DNA of 64,000 nucleotides from Dehalococcoidia bacterium (GTDB taxonomy: Bacteria > Chloroflexota > Dehalococcoidia > GIF9 > DYGU01). Of this stretch, positions 20,980-30,963 are shown piece after piece. The notes under the pieces were generated by a model. That model did no database searches, was not told the origin of the DNA, and worked only from the letters and a program-made list of their open reading frames with translations. The stretch lies in contig JBHOQK010000024.1 in the NCBI GenBank assembly GCA_042408205.1, positions 18,708 to 82,707 on the forward strand. Direction: 5' to 3'. A program made the position numbers and the translations under genes. Position 1 is the stretch's first letter. Every line of letters begins with the position of its first letter.

Positions 20980-21936
20980 ATGCAATGGAAAAAATTACTA
21001 CTTATTGGCAGTGTAGTCATCCTTTGTAGCAGCCTTTTTGGTAACGCTGTCTACGCTCAAGAAGAAAAATTACCCAAGCCAAGCATTACACCTGACAGCC
21101 CCTTTTATTTTGTTGATATCTTAGGTGAAAAGATAAGTCTTCTCCTTACTTTTAATGATCAAACCAAAGTTAAGAAAACTTTACAATACGCTGAAGAGAG
21201 ATTAGCTGAAGCTTATGCTATGTCAACTAAGAATAAACCCAAAGAAGTAATCCAAGCCATTAATGACTATAAAGAATACCTTAATAAAGGTGTCTTAGGT
21301 ATAAAACAAGCCCCAGCTAAAATGGATATAGTAGATATAGCAGCTATAGCTAAAAACTTATCAACTTTAGACAAAGTTGAAGAAGTTGCTCCTGAAAAAG
21401 CCAAAACTGCCATTAGCCAAGCTAAAGAAACATCTCTCCTTGGGCACAAAGAGGCGCTAAAAGCACTTACTAAAGTAAATCCAGAAAAAGCTACTGAGAT
21501 TAACTTAAAGGCGATCGAAAGTCGGCTAAAGAAAGTCACAGAAATAATAACCTCTTACGAACCAACTCATGATGTTAAAGAAGATGTCAAAGCTATAACC
21601 TTACAAGTTGCTTTAAGGCACTTTGAGGAGCTAAATAAATTTGGAGAAGAAATCTGCCAAATAGCTCGAAAGCTGGGCAAAGATACAACCCCAGTAGAAA
21701 AATTAGTTGCTCAGTCAACAGCTATTCACCTGGCTGTCTTAACGGATGTTTATGAAAAATTGCCTGAGCCAGCTAAAACAAAAATAGAAAAACCAATAGA
21801 AGTAGCTATAGTTAGCCATACCCAAGCCGTTGAAGCCTTAAAGCAGAAAGGAGCTATAACTGAAATTCCAAAAATTTCAGAAACAAAAATCCCAGAAAAA
21901 GTCAAAAGGGTAACCCTCGATGAACCCAAAAAATAA
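20980..21936 (+). CDS. Secreted helical protein, DUF5667-like
   Basis: Signal peptide ending AVYA; PSITPDSPFYF...E...AEERLAEA motif; SD AAGGAGG. Confidence 0.75.
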   Translation: MQWKKLLLIGSVVILCSSLFGNAVYAQEEKLPKPSITPDSPFYFVDILGEKISLLLTFNDQTKVKKTLQYAEERLAEAYAMSTKNKPKEVIQAINDYKEYLNKGVLGIKQAPAKMDIVDIAAIAKNLSTLDKVEEVAPEKAKTAISQAKETSLLGHKEALKALTKVNPEKATEINLKAIESRLKKVTEIITSYEPTHDVKEDVKAITLQVALRHFEELNKFGEEICQIARKLGKDTTPVEKLVAQSTAIHLAVLTDVYEKLPEPAKTKIEKPIEVAIVSHTQAVEALKQKGAITEIPKISETKIPEKVKRVTLDEPKK

Positions 21937-21956
21937 AGGAGATTACTGCTGTACAT

Positions 21957-23141
21957 TTATATTACCTGTTGCTGTCTGAGCTTCTGAATTTCGTCAAAGC
22001 TCATTCCTAAAATCTGAGTCAAAATTTCATCGGTATTTTCCCCCAGTCCCGGGCAGGTGCCTTCTACCTGGCAAACTGTCCGGGACATTTTAATAGGTGT
22101 GTTTACTACCTTTACCCTACCTATCCCCGGTTGATTTATTTCGGTAATCATATTACGAGCTATTACTTGAGGGTCAGTAGCTACTTTGTCAATAGTATTT
22201 ACTGGAGAACAAGGAATTTCTACCTTTTCGAATTCCTCGATCCATTCGCTCGTAGTCCGGCTTTTCATAGCATTAGCCAGAATTGGCTCCAGTAAAGAAT
22301 AATTCTCAGTGCGCAAGGCACCAGTAGCAAATCTGGGGTCATCAATAAGCTCAAGACAACCAATGGTAGCACAAAATAAGGGCCACTGATGTCCTACAAT
22401 AGCCACAGCAATATAATCATCTTTAGTCTCAAAAACCTGGAAAGGGGAAAATATAGGATGTCTGGTACCTAAAGCTCGAGGCACTTCTCCCGTAGCAAAA
22501 TAACGAGCAAAGGCATTCTCTAAAACAGCAACTTGACAATCCAGCATGCTAATATCAATCATCTGTCCTTCCCCACTCTTTTCCCGCTCCACCAAAGCAG
22601 CTAAAATGCCAATACAAGCAAAAAGACTGGCGATAATATCCCCAAAGGAAACTCCTGGTCTTACTGGAGGTCCTCCAGGCTGCCCAGTGATACTCATAAT
22701 TCCCCCTCTGGCTTGGATGACGATATCAAGGGCTGGCTTTTTCGCTTCAGGTCCAGTTTGACCAAAGCCGGAAATAGCCACATAAATAATCCTCGGATTA
22801 CGCCGTTTAATTATGTCATAACTAAGACCAAGTTTTTCCATAGTCCCAGGGACAAAGTTCTCCACAACTACATCAACCTTTTCCGCTAATTTTAGGAATA
22901 TTTCCTTCCCTGGCTCAGTAGTCAGATCCAGAGTGAGACTCTTTTTACCTCGATTAAGACTGAGAAAGTAAGAACTGATATTGTCAATAAAGGGACCATT
23001 ACCACGAGCTACGTCACCTATTTTTGGTCTTTCCACTTTAATTACCTCAGCCCCGAGGTCCTTCAAAACCATGGTGGCATAAGGTCCAGATAATATCCAG
23101 CTCAAGTCAAGAACCTTTATTCCAGCTAATGGACCTCTCAT
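21957..23141 (-). CDS. CaiB/BaiF family III CoA-transferase
   Basis: LAGIKVLDL, DLGAEVIKVE, NRGKKSLTLDL, ISGFGQTGP. Confidence 0.93.
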   Translation of the reverse strand: MRGPLAGIKVLDLSWILSGPYATMVLKDLGAEVIKVERPKIGDVARGNGPFIDNISSYFLSLNRGKKSLTLDLTTEPGKEIFLKLAEKVDVVVENFVPGTMEKLGLSYDIIKRRNPRIIYVAISGFGQTGPEAKKPALDIVIQARGGIMSITGQPGGPPVRPGVSFGDIIASLFACIGILAALVEREKSGEGQMIDISMLDCQVAVLENAFARYFATGEVPRALGTRHPIFSPFQVFETKDDYIAVAIVGHQWPLFCATIGCLELIDDPRFATGALRTENYSLLEPILANAMKSRTTSEWIEEFEKVEIPCSPVNTIDKVATDPQVIARNMITEINQPGIGRVKVVNTPIKMSRTVCQVEGTCPGLGENTDEILTQILGMSFDEIQKLRQQQVI

Positions 23142-23245
23142 ATCTTACCTCCCTGTTTATATCCAAAATATTATCATAAAATAACTTGCAAATTTGTCTT
23201 AAGTAGGTGACAATAAAGTTTTGATGCTCGAAGAAAAAAGCTGAA

Positions 23246-24241
23246 ATGAACCAGTTAAGCATTGGTAAAATACGAGGTTTACAGCAGATTTCCACCAAGG
23301 ATGGAATCTTTGCTATTTGTGCCCTGGACCATCGGGATTCCTTCCGGCTAATGCTTAATAAAGAAGCTCCAGAAAAAGTAGACTATCACCAAATAGTCGA
23401 GTATAAGTTAGAATTATGTCAGACTTTAGCTCCCTACGCCAGTGGTATTTTACTTGACCCCAATTATGGCGTCGCTCCTTGCATTGCTGGAAATGCTCTG
23501 CCGGGAAATACTGGCTTATTAGTAAGTATAGAAGAAAGTGGTTATATTGGGGATAAAGAAGAACGCCTAAATACTTTGCTTGAAGGCTGGGATGTAGAGA
23601 AAATTAAGCGTTTAGGAGCTTCCGCAGTTAAGTTCTTAGTCTTCTATCGCCCTGACCTAATTTCAGCCGCAGCAAAACAATTATCCACAATAAAAAGAAT
23701 AGCTGAAGACTGTCTAAAATATGAAATCCCTTTTCTGGTTGAGCCCAGAAGTTATCCGGTGGGTAAAAATGAATCAGAACCAGCTCAATTTGCCCTTAAG
23801 AAACCTGAAATAGTAATAGAGACAGTCCGTCAGATTTCCACCTTACCTGTAGATGTTCTCAAAGTCGAGTTTCCCACCGACCCGAATTACGAAAAAGACA
23901 AAAATAAACTTTTAGAATTATGCCACCGATTAGACCAAGCTTCACCAATACCTTGGGTCATTCTCAGTGCTGGAGTTGACTATGAAACTTTTTGTAAAGA
24001 AGTTGAGATTGCTTGCCAAGCAGGTGCCTCCGGCTTTTTAGGTGGACGAGCAATATGGCAAGAAGCTATCCTGATAAAAGATGTTCCCCAGAGAATTAAG
24101 TATTTGGAAACTGTAGTTGTTGATAGATTAAAAAGACTAACTGAGATTGCTGTTAAATATGGTACACCCTGGTATCAGAAGCTCAGACTCAAAAAGCATC
24201 AGTTAGCCTCGATTTCTGAAAATTGGTACCGGATTTACTAA
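23246..24241 (+). CDS. Class I aldolase of LacD (tagatose-1,6-bisphosphate aldolase) family
   Basis: ALDHRDS, SGILLDP, DVLKVEFP, ILSAGV, GASGFLGGRAIW. Confidence 0.85.
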   Translation: MNQLSIGKIRGLQQISTKDGIFAICALDHRDSFRLMLNKEAPEKVDYHQIVEYKLELCQTLAPYASGILLDPNYGVAPCIAGNALPGNTGLLVSIEESGYIGDKEERLNTLLEGWDVEKIKRLGASAVKFLVFYRPDLISAAAKQLSTIKRIAEDCLKYEIPFLVEPRSYPVGKNESEPAQFALKKPEIVIETVRQISTLPVDVLKVEFPTDPNYEKDKNKLLELCHRLDQASPIPWVILSAGVDYETFCKEVEIACQAGASGFLGGRAIWQEAILIKDVPQRIKYLETVVVDRLKRLTEIAVKYGTPWYQKLRLKKHQLASISENWYRIY

Positions 24242-24251
24242 AGTCAAAAAT

Positions 24252-25697
24252 ATGCCGCCTAAAATAGCTCCAAATAATCTATCGCCACGGACAAAGATAA
24301 TTGCCACTATTGGTCCAAGTAGTGGCTCCATCCCAGTAATAACAGAGATGCTACAAGCTGGAATGGATGTAGCCCGGCTTAATTTATCCCACGGGACCCA
24401 CCAGCAGCATGCCAAATATTTGAGAATGTTGCGCCAAGCTGCTACGCAAATAGGTAAACCCCTTGCCATAATGTTAGATTTACCAGGCGCTAAAAATAGA
24501 ACCGGTAAACTTAAAAAAGGTCAGGTAGAGCTCAAAACCGGTGCTAAATTCATTCTTACTACTAAAGAAGTCCTGGGAGATGAACACCGAGTATCCATTG
24601 GCTTACCTTCCCTTGTGCAAGCCGTAACTAAAGGAGATATCATCTTTCTCGATGACGGGGCTATAAAACTGGAAGTGATAGCCGCTAATGGTAGTGATAT
24701 TGAATGTCGGGTAATAGTCGGTGGTTTTTTAGGGGAAGACAAAGGTATTAACGTTCCTGGAGTTGCTTTCAGAACGCCTTCTTTTACTGAGGAAGATCAA
24801 AAACATCTCCTTTTCGGGCTAAAGCAACAAGTAGACTTTATTGCCATTTCTTTTATCAAGCGGGCTTCAGATATTCTTAAGGTGAGACAATTCCTTCATC
24901 AAAGGGGTGGGGAAATGGGACTAATCGCTAAAATTGAAACCCAGGAAGCTGTGGCTAATGTGGATGAAATTCTTGAAGTCGCAGATGGAGCCATGATCGC
25001 CCGTGGTGACCTGGGACTGGAGATTCCTATTGAAAAAGTTCCGGTAGTCCAAAAAGAAATCATTCGTAAATGTAATCTTTTGGGAAAACCAGTTATTGTA
25101 GCCACTCAAATGCTGGAATCTATGGTTAGAGCCCCTCTACCCACTCGGGCTGAAGTTACAGATGTCGCTAATGCAGTAATTGACGGGGCTGACGCTTTAA
25201 TGCTTTCAGAAGAAACTGCCATTGGCAAGCATCCGGTAGCAGCGGTAAAAATGATGGCCCAAATTGCCTTGGAGGCAGAAGCTACTCTTCCTTACCAACA
25301 ACTCCTAATAGAGAAAGGGAAAGAACTTCCGGCAAAAACAGACGAGGCTATTAGTTACGCCGCTTGCCATATTGCTCATCAGTTAGAGGCAAAGGCTATT
25401 ATTGCCACCACTTCCTCCGGAAGCACTGCTCAACGAGTATCTAAATATAGACCCAAAGCTTTCATTTTAGCTATTACCCCCAGTGAGACGGTGCTAAGAA
25501 AACTTTGTTTGTTCTGGGGGGTTCGTGCCTATAAAATTAACGAACCTTTACCCTTATCGGAACTTTTTGTTCAAGGTGCTAGGATAGCTAAAGAAATGGA
25601 TATAGCCCGAAGTGGTGACCTGGTGGTTATTACTGGGGGTGTGCCCATTGGTGTTCCGGGAACTACTAACCTTCTCAAAGTAGAAAAAGTAAAATGA
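24252..25697 (+). CDS. pyk: Pyruvate kinase
   Basis: TKIIATIGP, IAKIE, ARGDLG, ATQMLESM, PTRAEVTDVANA. Confidence 0.97.
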   Translation: MPPKIAPNNLSPRTKIIATIGPSSGSIPVITEMLQAGMDVARLNLSHGTHQQHAKYLRMLRQAATQIGKPLAIMLDLPGAKNRTGKLKKGQVELKTGAKFILTTKEVLGDEHRVSIGLPSLVQAVTKGDIIFLDDGAIKLEVIAANGSDIECRVIVGGFLGEDKGINVPGVAFRTPSFTEEDQKHLLFGLKQQVDFIAISFIKRASDILKVRQFLHQRGGEMGLIAKIETQEAVANVDEILEVADGAMIARGDLGLEIPIEKVPVVQKEIIRKCNLLGKPVIVATQMLESMVRAPLPTRAEVTDVANAVIDGADALMLSEETAIGKHPVAAVKMMAQIALEAEATLPYQQLLIEKGKELPAKTDEAISYAACHIAHQLEAKAIIATTSSGSTAQRVSKYRPKAFILAITPSETVLRKLCLFWGVRAYKINEPLPLSELFVQGARIAKEMDIARSGDLVVITGGVPIGVPGTTNLLKVEKVK

Positions 25698-26629
25698 TTG
25701 CCACGGTAACTTTAAATCCAAGTCTGGACAAAACCCTCACTGTAAGAGGACTAGTCATAGACGAAGTCAATAGGTGGACTACTCTTCGCCGTGACCCAGG
25801 TGGCAAAGGAATTAATGTCTCTCGGGTTATCCACGAACTTGGGGGCAAAACCATTGCCTATAGCTTTATCGGTGGTGACGATGGCGAAATAATGAAACGA
25901 CTTTTACGAAAAGAAGGTGTACCTTTTGATTTTGTCCCTATCCGACGAGCTATTCGGAGCAATATTATAATCACTGATATTAAAACCCACCAGCAAACCA
26001 GGATTGATGCCCCCGGTCCTTATATTTCACCAGCAGAACTTCAAAAGCTTAGGAAAAAAATAAAGAACATAGAGCCAAAACCAGACTTTATAGTCTTTGC
26101 CGGCAGTGTCCCTCCGGGTATACCCGATAATATTTACTATGAACTGGTAACAGAAGCTAAAGCTAAGGGGATAAAGACCGTTGTGGATTCAGAAGACATA
26201 TGGCTGAAGGAGGGGGTGAAAGCTAAACCATATTTAATTAAACCTAATGTTCGTGAGGCCGAACAGTTATTAGGAATAGAATTAAAGGATGATAAAGCAA
26301 TTATAAAAGCTATCCATTACTTCCTTGAACTCGGTATTGAAATAGTAGTTATTTCCCAGGGTAAGGGAGGACTTGTTGCTGCAAAACAAGGTCAAATGCT
26401 AAAGGCAGTACCACCTCAAGTAAAAGTAAAAAGCACTGTGGGGGCAGGGGATGCCACTGTTGCTGGGTTAGTACTAAAATTGAGCCAAGGAGCCAGCTTA
26501 GAAGAAGCTTGCCATCTGGCAGTAGCCGCTGGGACAGCTACCGTTCTCACCCCTGGAACTCAACTCTGCCGCCGTCAAGATGTAGAAAAAATATTACCTC
26601 AAGTTAAGATAGAACCAATAATATTTTGA
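25694..26629 (+). CDS. 1-phosphofructokinase / tagatose-6-phosphate kinase family (PfkB)
   Basis: TVTLNPSLD, GGKGINVS, IKPN, STVGAGD. Confidence 0.9.
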   Translation: MIATVTLNPSLDKTLTVRGLVIDEVNRWTTLRRDPGGKGINVSRVIHELGGKTIAYSFIGGDDGEIMKRLLRKEGVPFDFVPIRRAIRSNIIITDIKTHQQTRIDAPGPYISPAELQKLRKKIKNIEPKPDFIVFAGSVPPGIPDNIYYELVTEAKAKGIKTVVDSEDIWLKEGVKAKPYLIKPNVREAEQLLGIELKDDKAIIKAIHYFLELGIEIVVISQGKGGLVAAKQGQMLKAVPPQVKVKSTVGAGDATVAGLVLKLSQGASLEEACHLAVAAGTATVLTPGTQLCRRQDVEKILPQVKIEPIIF

Positions 26630-26672
26630 CGAACTTGAATAAGTTTTTAAAAAGTCTGAAGCAATTTTTTAG

Positions 26673-26754
26673 TGGGGAAGAGGGGACTCGAACCCCTACG
26701 CCTTGCGGCACATGATCCTAAGTCATGCCTGTCTGCCAGTTCCAGCACTTCCCC
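26673..26754 (-). tRNA. tRNA-Leu (anticodon TAG), CCA not encoded
   Basis: Acceptor GGGGAAG/CTTCCCC, anticodon arm CATGA-CTTAGGA-TCATG, long variable arm, GGTTCGAGT T-loop. Confidence 0.96.
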
Positions 26755-26830
26755 AAAGAGGTTTAATTTATTTTATGCTGTAATTGATTTTCAAAGCAAC
26801 TTTTAAGGTTCATTCAATAACTCTGGTTGT

Positions 26831-28135
26831 TTATTCTCTCGTCACCATTTTAGAAATTAAGAATAAAACTTCAAGCCAAATAGCCCTCCCCAACCATTTA
26901 AGATGGGAATTGATAAAATCATAAGGAATAGCTAATTGGGGCAGAGATAACTTTTTATGATATTCAAGGCGTAGCTTTTGAATCATAGCTGGAATGTCTA
27001 TGCTTAAAGGACAATTCTGATAACATTTATTACAGGTAAGGCACAAATCAAGCCCAGTCCAGTCTTGGACAGTTTCTTTAGTGGAAAGTTTTGAGTAAAG
27101 TACTCCCCGACCCCCCAAATTGATATCACTACCAAAATCATTCCCATAAACATTATAAGCCGGACAAACCAGCAAACATTCCCCACAGCCAATACAATAT
27201 AATAATTCCCGGTATTCGCTATTTACAATCTGACTCCGACCATTATCCAATAGAACTAAAACTATTTCTTTTGGTCCATGGATGCCTTTAATTAACTTTT
27301 TTTCAATATCTGCTGTCTGGCTTGCTCCGCCTAATATAGTGATAAAAGAGGTTATTAACGAGCCAGTAGCATAAAATATTTGTAATTTAGCCATATTTAT
27401 GGCTTCTTCTAAGTTGGGATATATTTTATCTATCCCAGTAATAATTAAGAGTTTTTTGGGACGCATCGCTACTTCTATTATGTTTCCTTCGTTGTGGACA
27501 AGAACAATAGCCCCCTCTTCTGCAGTCACGGCATTGGCGCCAGCAATACCAATAGTAGCCTCATTTAGGTAAGTAGATACTTCTTTTTTAACTATTTCAG
27601 TTAATCTCTCCGGAATTGGTTCTATTTCCTGGTTGAAATGTTTAGACAAAACCTGAGCTATATCATAGCGAGATAGATGACTTGCCGGACCCGTTGGATG
27701 AGAGGGCGTCTCTCCGCAGAGCTGGATTATTCTATCCCCAATATCTGTCTCCACAACCTGAATTCCTTCCAATTCCAAAGCTTTAACTAAATCAATTTCC
27801 TTAGTCGCATTGGATTTAGACTTAACTATCAATTTCTCCCCTTTTACTTCCTGGAAAATAAAAGAGAGAGCTTCTTCCTTTGTCGTAGCTAAGAATACCT
27901 TCATTCCATTTTGAGTCAAGTTGTATATAGCTTGGTTCAAAAGTTTTTCATCCCCAACACACTTTTCTCTGGTACGCCTCAACCTTCCTTTTCTCTCTTC
28001 GATGTCGAACATTTTCCCCATATTTCCTTGCTGCCTCTCTCGAACTAATCTGAAGGCATTTCTCATAGCTTTAACTTGTTTTGCTTTCTTGAAAAAGGCG
28101 GGGGATTTATTAATTCGGAAACTTCGCCAGCTCAT
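26831..28135 (-). CDS. LUD-domain / LutB-like Fe-S protein
   Basis: KSKS, ETDIGDRIIQL, SHPTGPASHL, NEGN, ADIE, GIHGP, CIGCGECLLVCP and CLTCNKCYQNCP; true start may be downstream. Confidence 0.85.
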   Translation of the reverse strand: MSWRSFRINKSPAFFKKAKQVKAMRNAFRLVRERQQGNMGKMFDIEERKGRLRRTREKCVGDEKLLNQAIYNLTQNGMKVFLATTKEEALSFIFQEVKGEKLIVKSKSNATKEIDLVKALELEGIQVVETDIGDRIIQLCGETPSHPTGPASHLSRYDIAQVLSKHFNQEIEPIPERLTEIVKKEVSTYLNEATIGIAGANAVTAEEGAIVLVHNEGNIIEVAMRPKKLLIITGIDKIYPNLEEAINMAKLQIFYATGSLITSFITILGGASQTADIEKKLIKGIHGPKEIVLVLLDNGRSQIVNSEYRELLYCIGCGECLLVCPAYNVYGNDFGSDINLGGRGVLYSKLSTKETVQDWTGLDLCLTCNKCYQNCPLSIDIPAMIQKLRLEYHKKLSLPQLAIPYDFINSHLKWLGRAIWLEVLFLISKMVTRE

Positions 28136-28151
28136 CGGTATAAAAATTAAA

Positions 28152-28224
28152 TGAGCCGCAGAGGACTCGAACCTCTAACCGGCTGATTAAGAGTCAGCTG
28201 CTCTGCCTGTTGAGCTAGCGGCCC
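28152..28224 (-). tRNA. tRNA-Lys (anticodon CTT), CCA not encoded
   Basis: Acceptor GGGCCGC/GCGGCTC, anticodon arm GCTGA-CTCTTAA-TCAGC, GGTTCGAGT T-loop. Confidence 0.96.
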
Positions 28225-28344
28225 TATGTAGCTATATTAGCATCTTATAATGATTGAAGTCAAACTGCCTGGAGCCATTTAGCTTTATTTGGCTTAAGAC
28301 ATCAAAGTTGATATAATGAGTTCACCGAAATTAGGTTGAGCTAA

Positions 28345-28764
28345 ATGAGAAAAACTTTTGAATTTATTAATCACACCGCAGATATTGGTATTATCGCCTA
28401 TGGGAATGATATCAAGGAAGCCTTTGCCAATGCTGCGGTTGCTTTATTTAGTATTATTATAGATTTAGATACGGTGAAGGAAAATTTACATCATGATATT
28501 AAGTTATCAGCTGACAACCAAGAGAGCCTCCTGGTAGAGTGGCTTAATGAACTTATTTATCTTTTTGATGCTGAATATCTTATCTTTAGAAGATTTGAGA
28601 TCGACCGGCTAACTAAAGACAAGCTGGAAGCCCGATGCTTTGGCGAAAAAGTAGAGCCATCCCGGCATAAGATAAAAAGAGGAGTTAAAGCAGCCACCTA
28701 CCATATGCTAAAAATAGATAAAGAGAACGGTACCTATAAGGTTCAAGTCATCTTTGATGTCTAA
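28345..28764 (+). CDS. Archease
   Basis: HTADIGI, WLNELIY, VKAATYH, C-terminal FDV. Confidence 0.93.
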   Translation: MRKTFEFINHTADIGIIAYGNDIKEAFANAAVALFSIIIDLDTVKENLHHDIKLSADNQESLLVEWLNELIYLFDAEYLIFRRFEIDRLTKDKLEARCFGEKVEPSRHKIKRGVKAATYHMLKIDKENGTYKVQVIFDV

Positions 28765-28778
28765 AAGGAGGTAAAGAA

Positions 28779-30236
28779 ATGGCACGATGGCAAGGACCAC
28801 TTAACAAAATAGACGACTATCGCTGGGAAATCCCACAAAGTTATAAGCGAGGAATGAGAGTTCCCGGTTTAATTTATGCCGATGAAGATATGCTGGAAGC
28901 TATCCGGGAGGATAATGCTCCCGAACAAGTAGCTAATGTTGCCTTTCTACCGGGCATAGTTGGGCGTTCATTAGCCATGCCCGATATCCATTTAGGTTAC
29001 GGTTTTGCTATTGGTGGTGTGGCTGCTACTACTGTTACTGACGGTGTCATTTCCCCTGGGGGTGTCGGCTATGACATTAACTGTGGTGTCAGATTATTAA
29101 GAACCAACCTCAATGAAGAAGAAGTCAGACCAAAGATTAAAGAACTTATTAATGAGCTTTTCAATAATGTTCCTTCTGGAGTTGGCTCCGAAGGGAAGAT
29201 ACATATCACTGATAGAGAAATGACAGAAGTATTAACTAAGGGAGCAATCTGGGCAGTGGAACATGGTTTTGGACTACCGGAAGACTTAGAAGTTACCGAA
29301 GAAGGTGGCTGCTTAAAAGGGGCTGACCCAGATAAGGTAAGTACCAAAGCCAAAAAACGAGGCATGCCCCAGTCTGGAACATTGGGCTCAGGAAACCACT
29401 TTCTCGAAGTCCAAGTGGTTAAGGAAATTTATGACATAAAAGCGGCTAAGATTATGGGTATAGAAAGAGTTGGACAGATATTATTACTCATCCATACCGG
29501 CTCAAGAGGATTAGGACACCAGGTTTGCGATGACTATCTAAGAATAATGGAGGGGGCAGTAGCAAAATATGGCATTAATCTACCAGACAAAGAGCTGGCT
29601 TGTGCTCCAATATCTTCTCCTGAGGGAAAAGATTATTTAGCAGCTATGGCATGTGCTGCTAATTATGCCTGGGCTAATCGCCAATGCATTGCCCATTGGG
29701 CTCGAGAAGCTTTTATTAAGGTTTTTGGGAGAAGTCTTGAAGATTTAGGACTAAAGCAAATATATGATGTAGCTCATAATATCGCCAAAATAGAAGAACA
29801 TCAAGTCAATGGACAGAAAGTTACTGTTTGCGTTCATCGCAAGGGAGCAACCCGAGCCTTTCCCCCAGGACATAAGGACGTTCCACAACGATATAAAGAG
29901 ATAGGACAACCTGTTCTTATTCCCGGCGATATGGGTCGTTGCTCCTTCATCGCTGTAGGCACTGAAAAAGCTATGGAAGAAAGCTTTGGTTCAACTTGTC
30001 ATGGTGCTGGAAGGACGCAAAGTCGAGCAGCAGCCAAGCGGAGCTTACGAGGCTCGGATGTGGCTCGCCAATTGGCTGAAAAGGGTATATGGGTTAAGAC
30101 TGGAAGCATCGGAGCTTTAGCTGAAGAAGCCTCCGAGGCATACAAGGATGTAACCCATGTAGTTGAAGTAACTCATAAAGCTGGTATCTCCCGAAAAGTA
30201 GCTATGGCAGTCCCTATCGGAGTCATTAAAGGTTAG
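28779..30236 (+). CDS. rtcB: RtcB RNA ligase
   Basis: MPDIHLGYG, GYDINCG, GSGNHF, HTGSRG, HN, HRKGAT, HGAGR, EAYKD. Confidence 0.97.
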   Translation: MARWQGPLNKIDDYRWEIPQSYKRGMRVPGLIYADEDMLEAIREDNAPEQVANVAFLPGIVGRSLAMPDIHLGYGFAIGGVAATTVTDGVISPGGVGYDINCGVRLLRTNLNEEEVRPKIKELINELFNNVPSGVGSEGKIHITDREMTEVLTKGAIWAVEHGFGLPEDLEVTEEGGCLKGADPDKVSTKAKKRGMPQSGTLGSGNHFLEVQVVKEIYDIKAAKIMGIERVGQILLLIHTGSRGLGHQVCDDYLRIMEGAVAKYGINLPDKELACAPISSPEGKDYLAAMACAANYAWANRQCIAHWAREAFIKVFGRSLEDLGLKQIYDVAHNIAKIEEHQVNGQKVTVCVHRKGATRAFPPGHKDVPQRYKEIGQPVLIPGDMGRCSFIAVGTEKAMEESFGSTCHGAGRTQSRAAAKRSLRGSDVARQLAEKGIWVKTGSIGALAEEASEAYKDVTHVVEVTHKAGISRKVAMAVPIGVIKG

Positions 30237-30256
30237 TCAAAGGAAAGTCAGCTCCA

Positions 30257-30859
30257 ATGGAAATTATCAAATTACCCCCTCCAAATTTTAAAAGTAAAAT
30301 GTCCGTTGAGGAGGCTATCTATAAGCGTTGTTCGGTTAGAAAATATAAGAATGAACCTTTAACTATTGACCAAGTGTCCCAAATCCTTTGGTCAGCTCAA
30401 GGTATAACTGAGCGCGGCCGCAGGGCAGTCCCCAGTGCCGGAGCTACTTACCCTCTGGAAATTTTTCTGATGACTGGCGATGGTACCGTTAAGGGTTTAG
30501 AAGCGGGTATATATCACTATAATGTAGATAGCCATTCCTTAAGCCGGCAGAGGCTTGGAGATTTTCGGAAAGAGTTAGCCCGAGCTGCCCTGGACCAAGG
30601 ATTTATTGCTGTAGCACCTATAAATATCATTGTCTGTGCCCTTTACCAGCGAACTTGCTATAGATACGGCAAGCGAGGCGAAAGATATGTTCATATGGAG
30701 GTAGGGCATGTGGGGCAAAATGTCCACCTTCAAACGCTAACTTTAGGTTTAGCTACAGTCATGGTAGGCGCTTTTGAAGACGATGAGGTAAGAACACTTC
30801 TCGGTTTAGATGAAGTTATTAAACCCCTATACATAATGCCAGTAGGTAAGCCTAAATAA
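30257..30859 (+). CDS. SagB/ThcOx family nitroreductase-like protein
   Basis: PSAGATYPLE, GIYHY, MEVGHVGQN, GAFEDD. Confidence 0.88.
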   Translation: MEIIKLPPPNFKSKMSVEEAIYKRCSVRKYKNEPLTIDQVSQILWSAQGITERGRRAVPSAGATYPLEIFLMTGDGTVKGLEAGIYHYNVDSHSLSRQRLGDFRKELARAALDQGFIAVAPINIIVCALYQRTCYRYGKRGERYVHMEVGHVGQNVHLQTLTLGLATVMVGAFEDDEVRTLLGLDEVIKPLYIMPVGKPK

Positions 30860-30963
30860 AAGGTCAGGTTAAAAATCCCACCCCACAAACCCACAAAGTA
30901 AAGCACCAAAAACAAAAGGGCTTTCAACGAAAGAAAAGTCCAATCCTTGATTTAAATAAACTT

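Noticed and set aside
20900-28224. Possible tRNA-anchored genomic island
   Set aside because: No integrase, transposase or duplicated tRNA 3' end (att) was found by eye
30730-30927. 65-aa hydrophobic minus-strand ORF after cimA
   Set aside because: Overlaps the SagB-like gene antisense, has a weak start context, and derives from a low-complexity A/C-rich spacer
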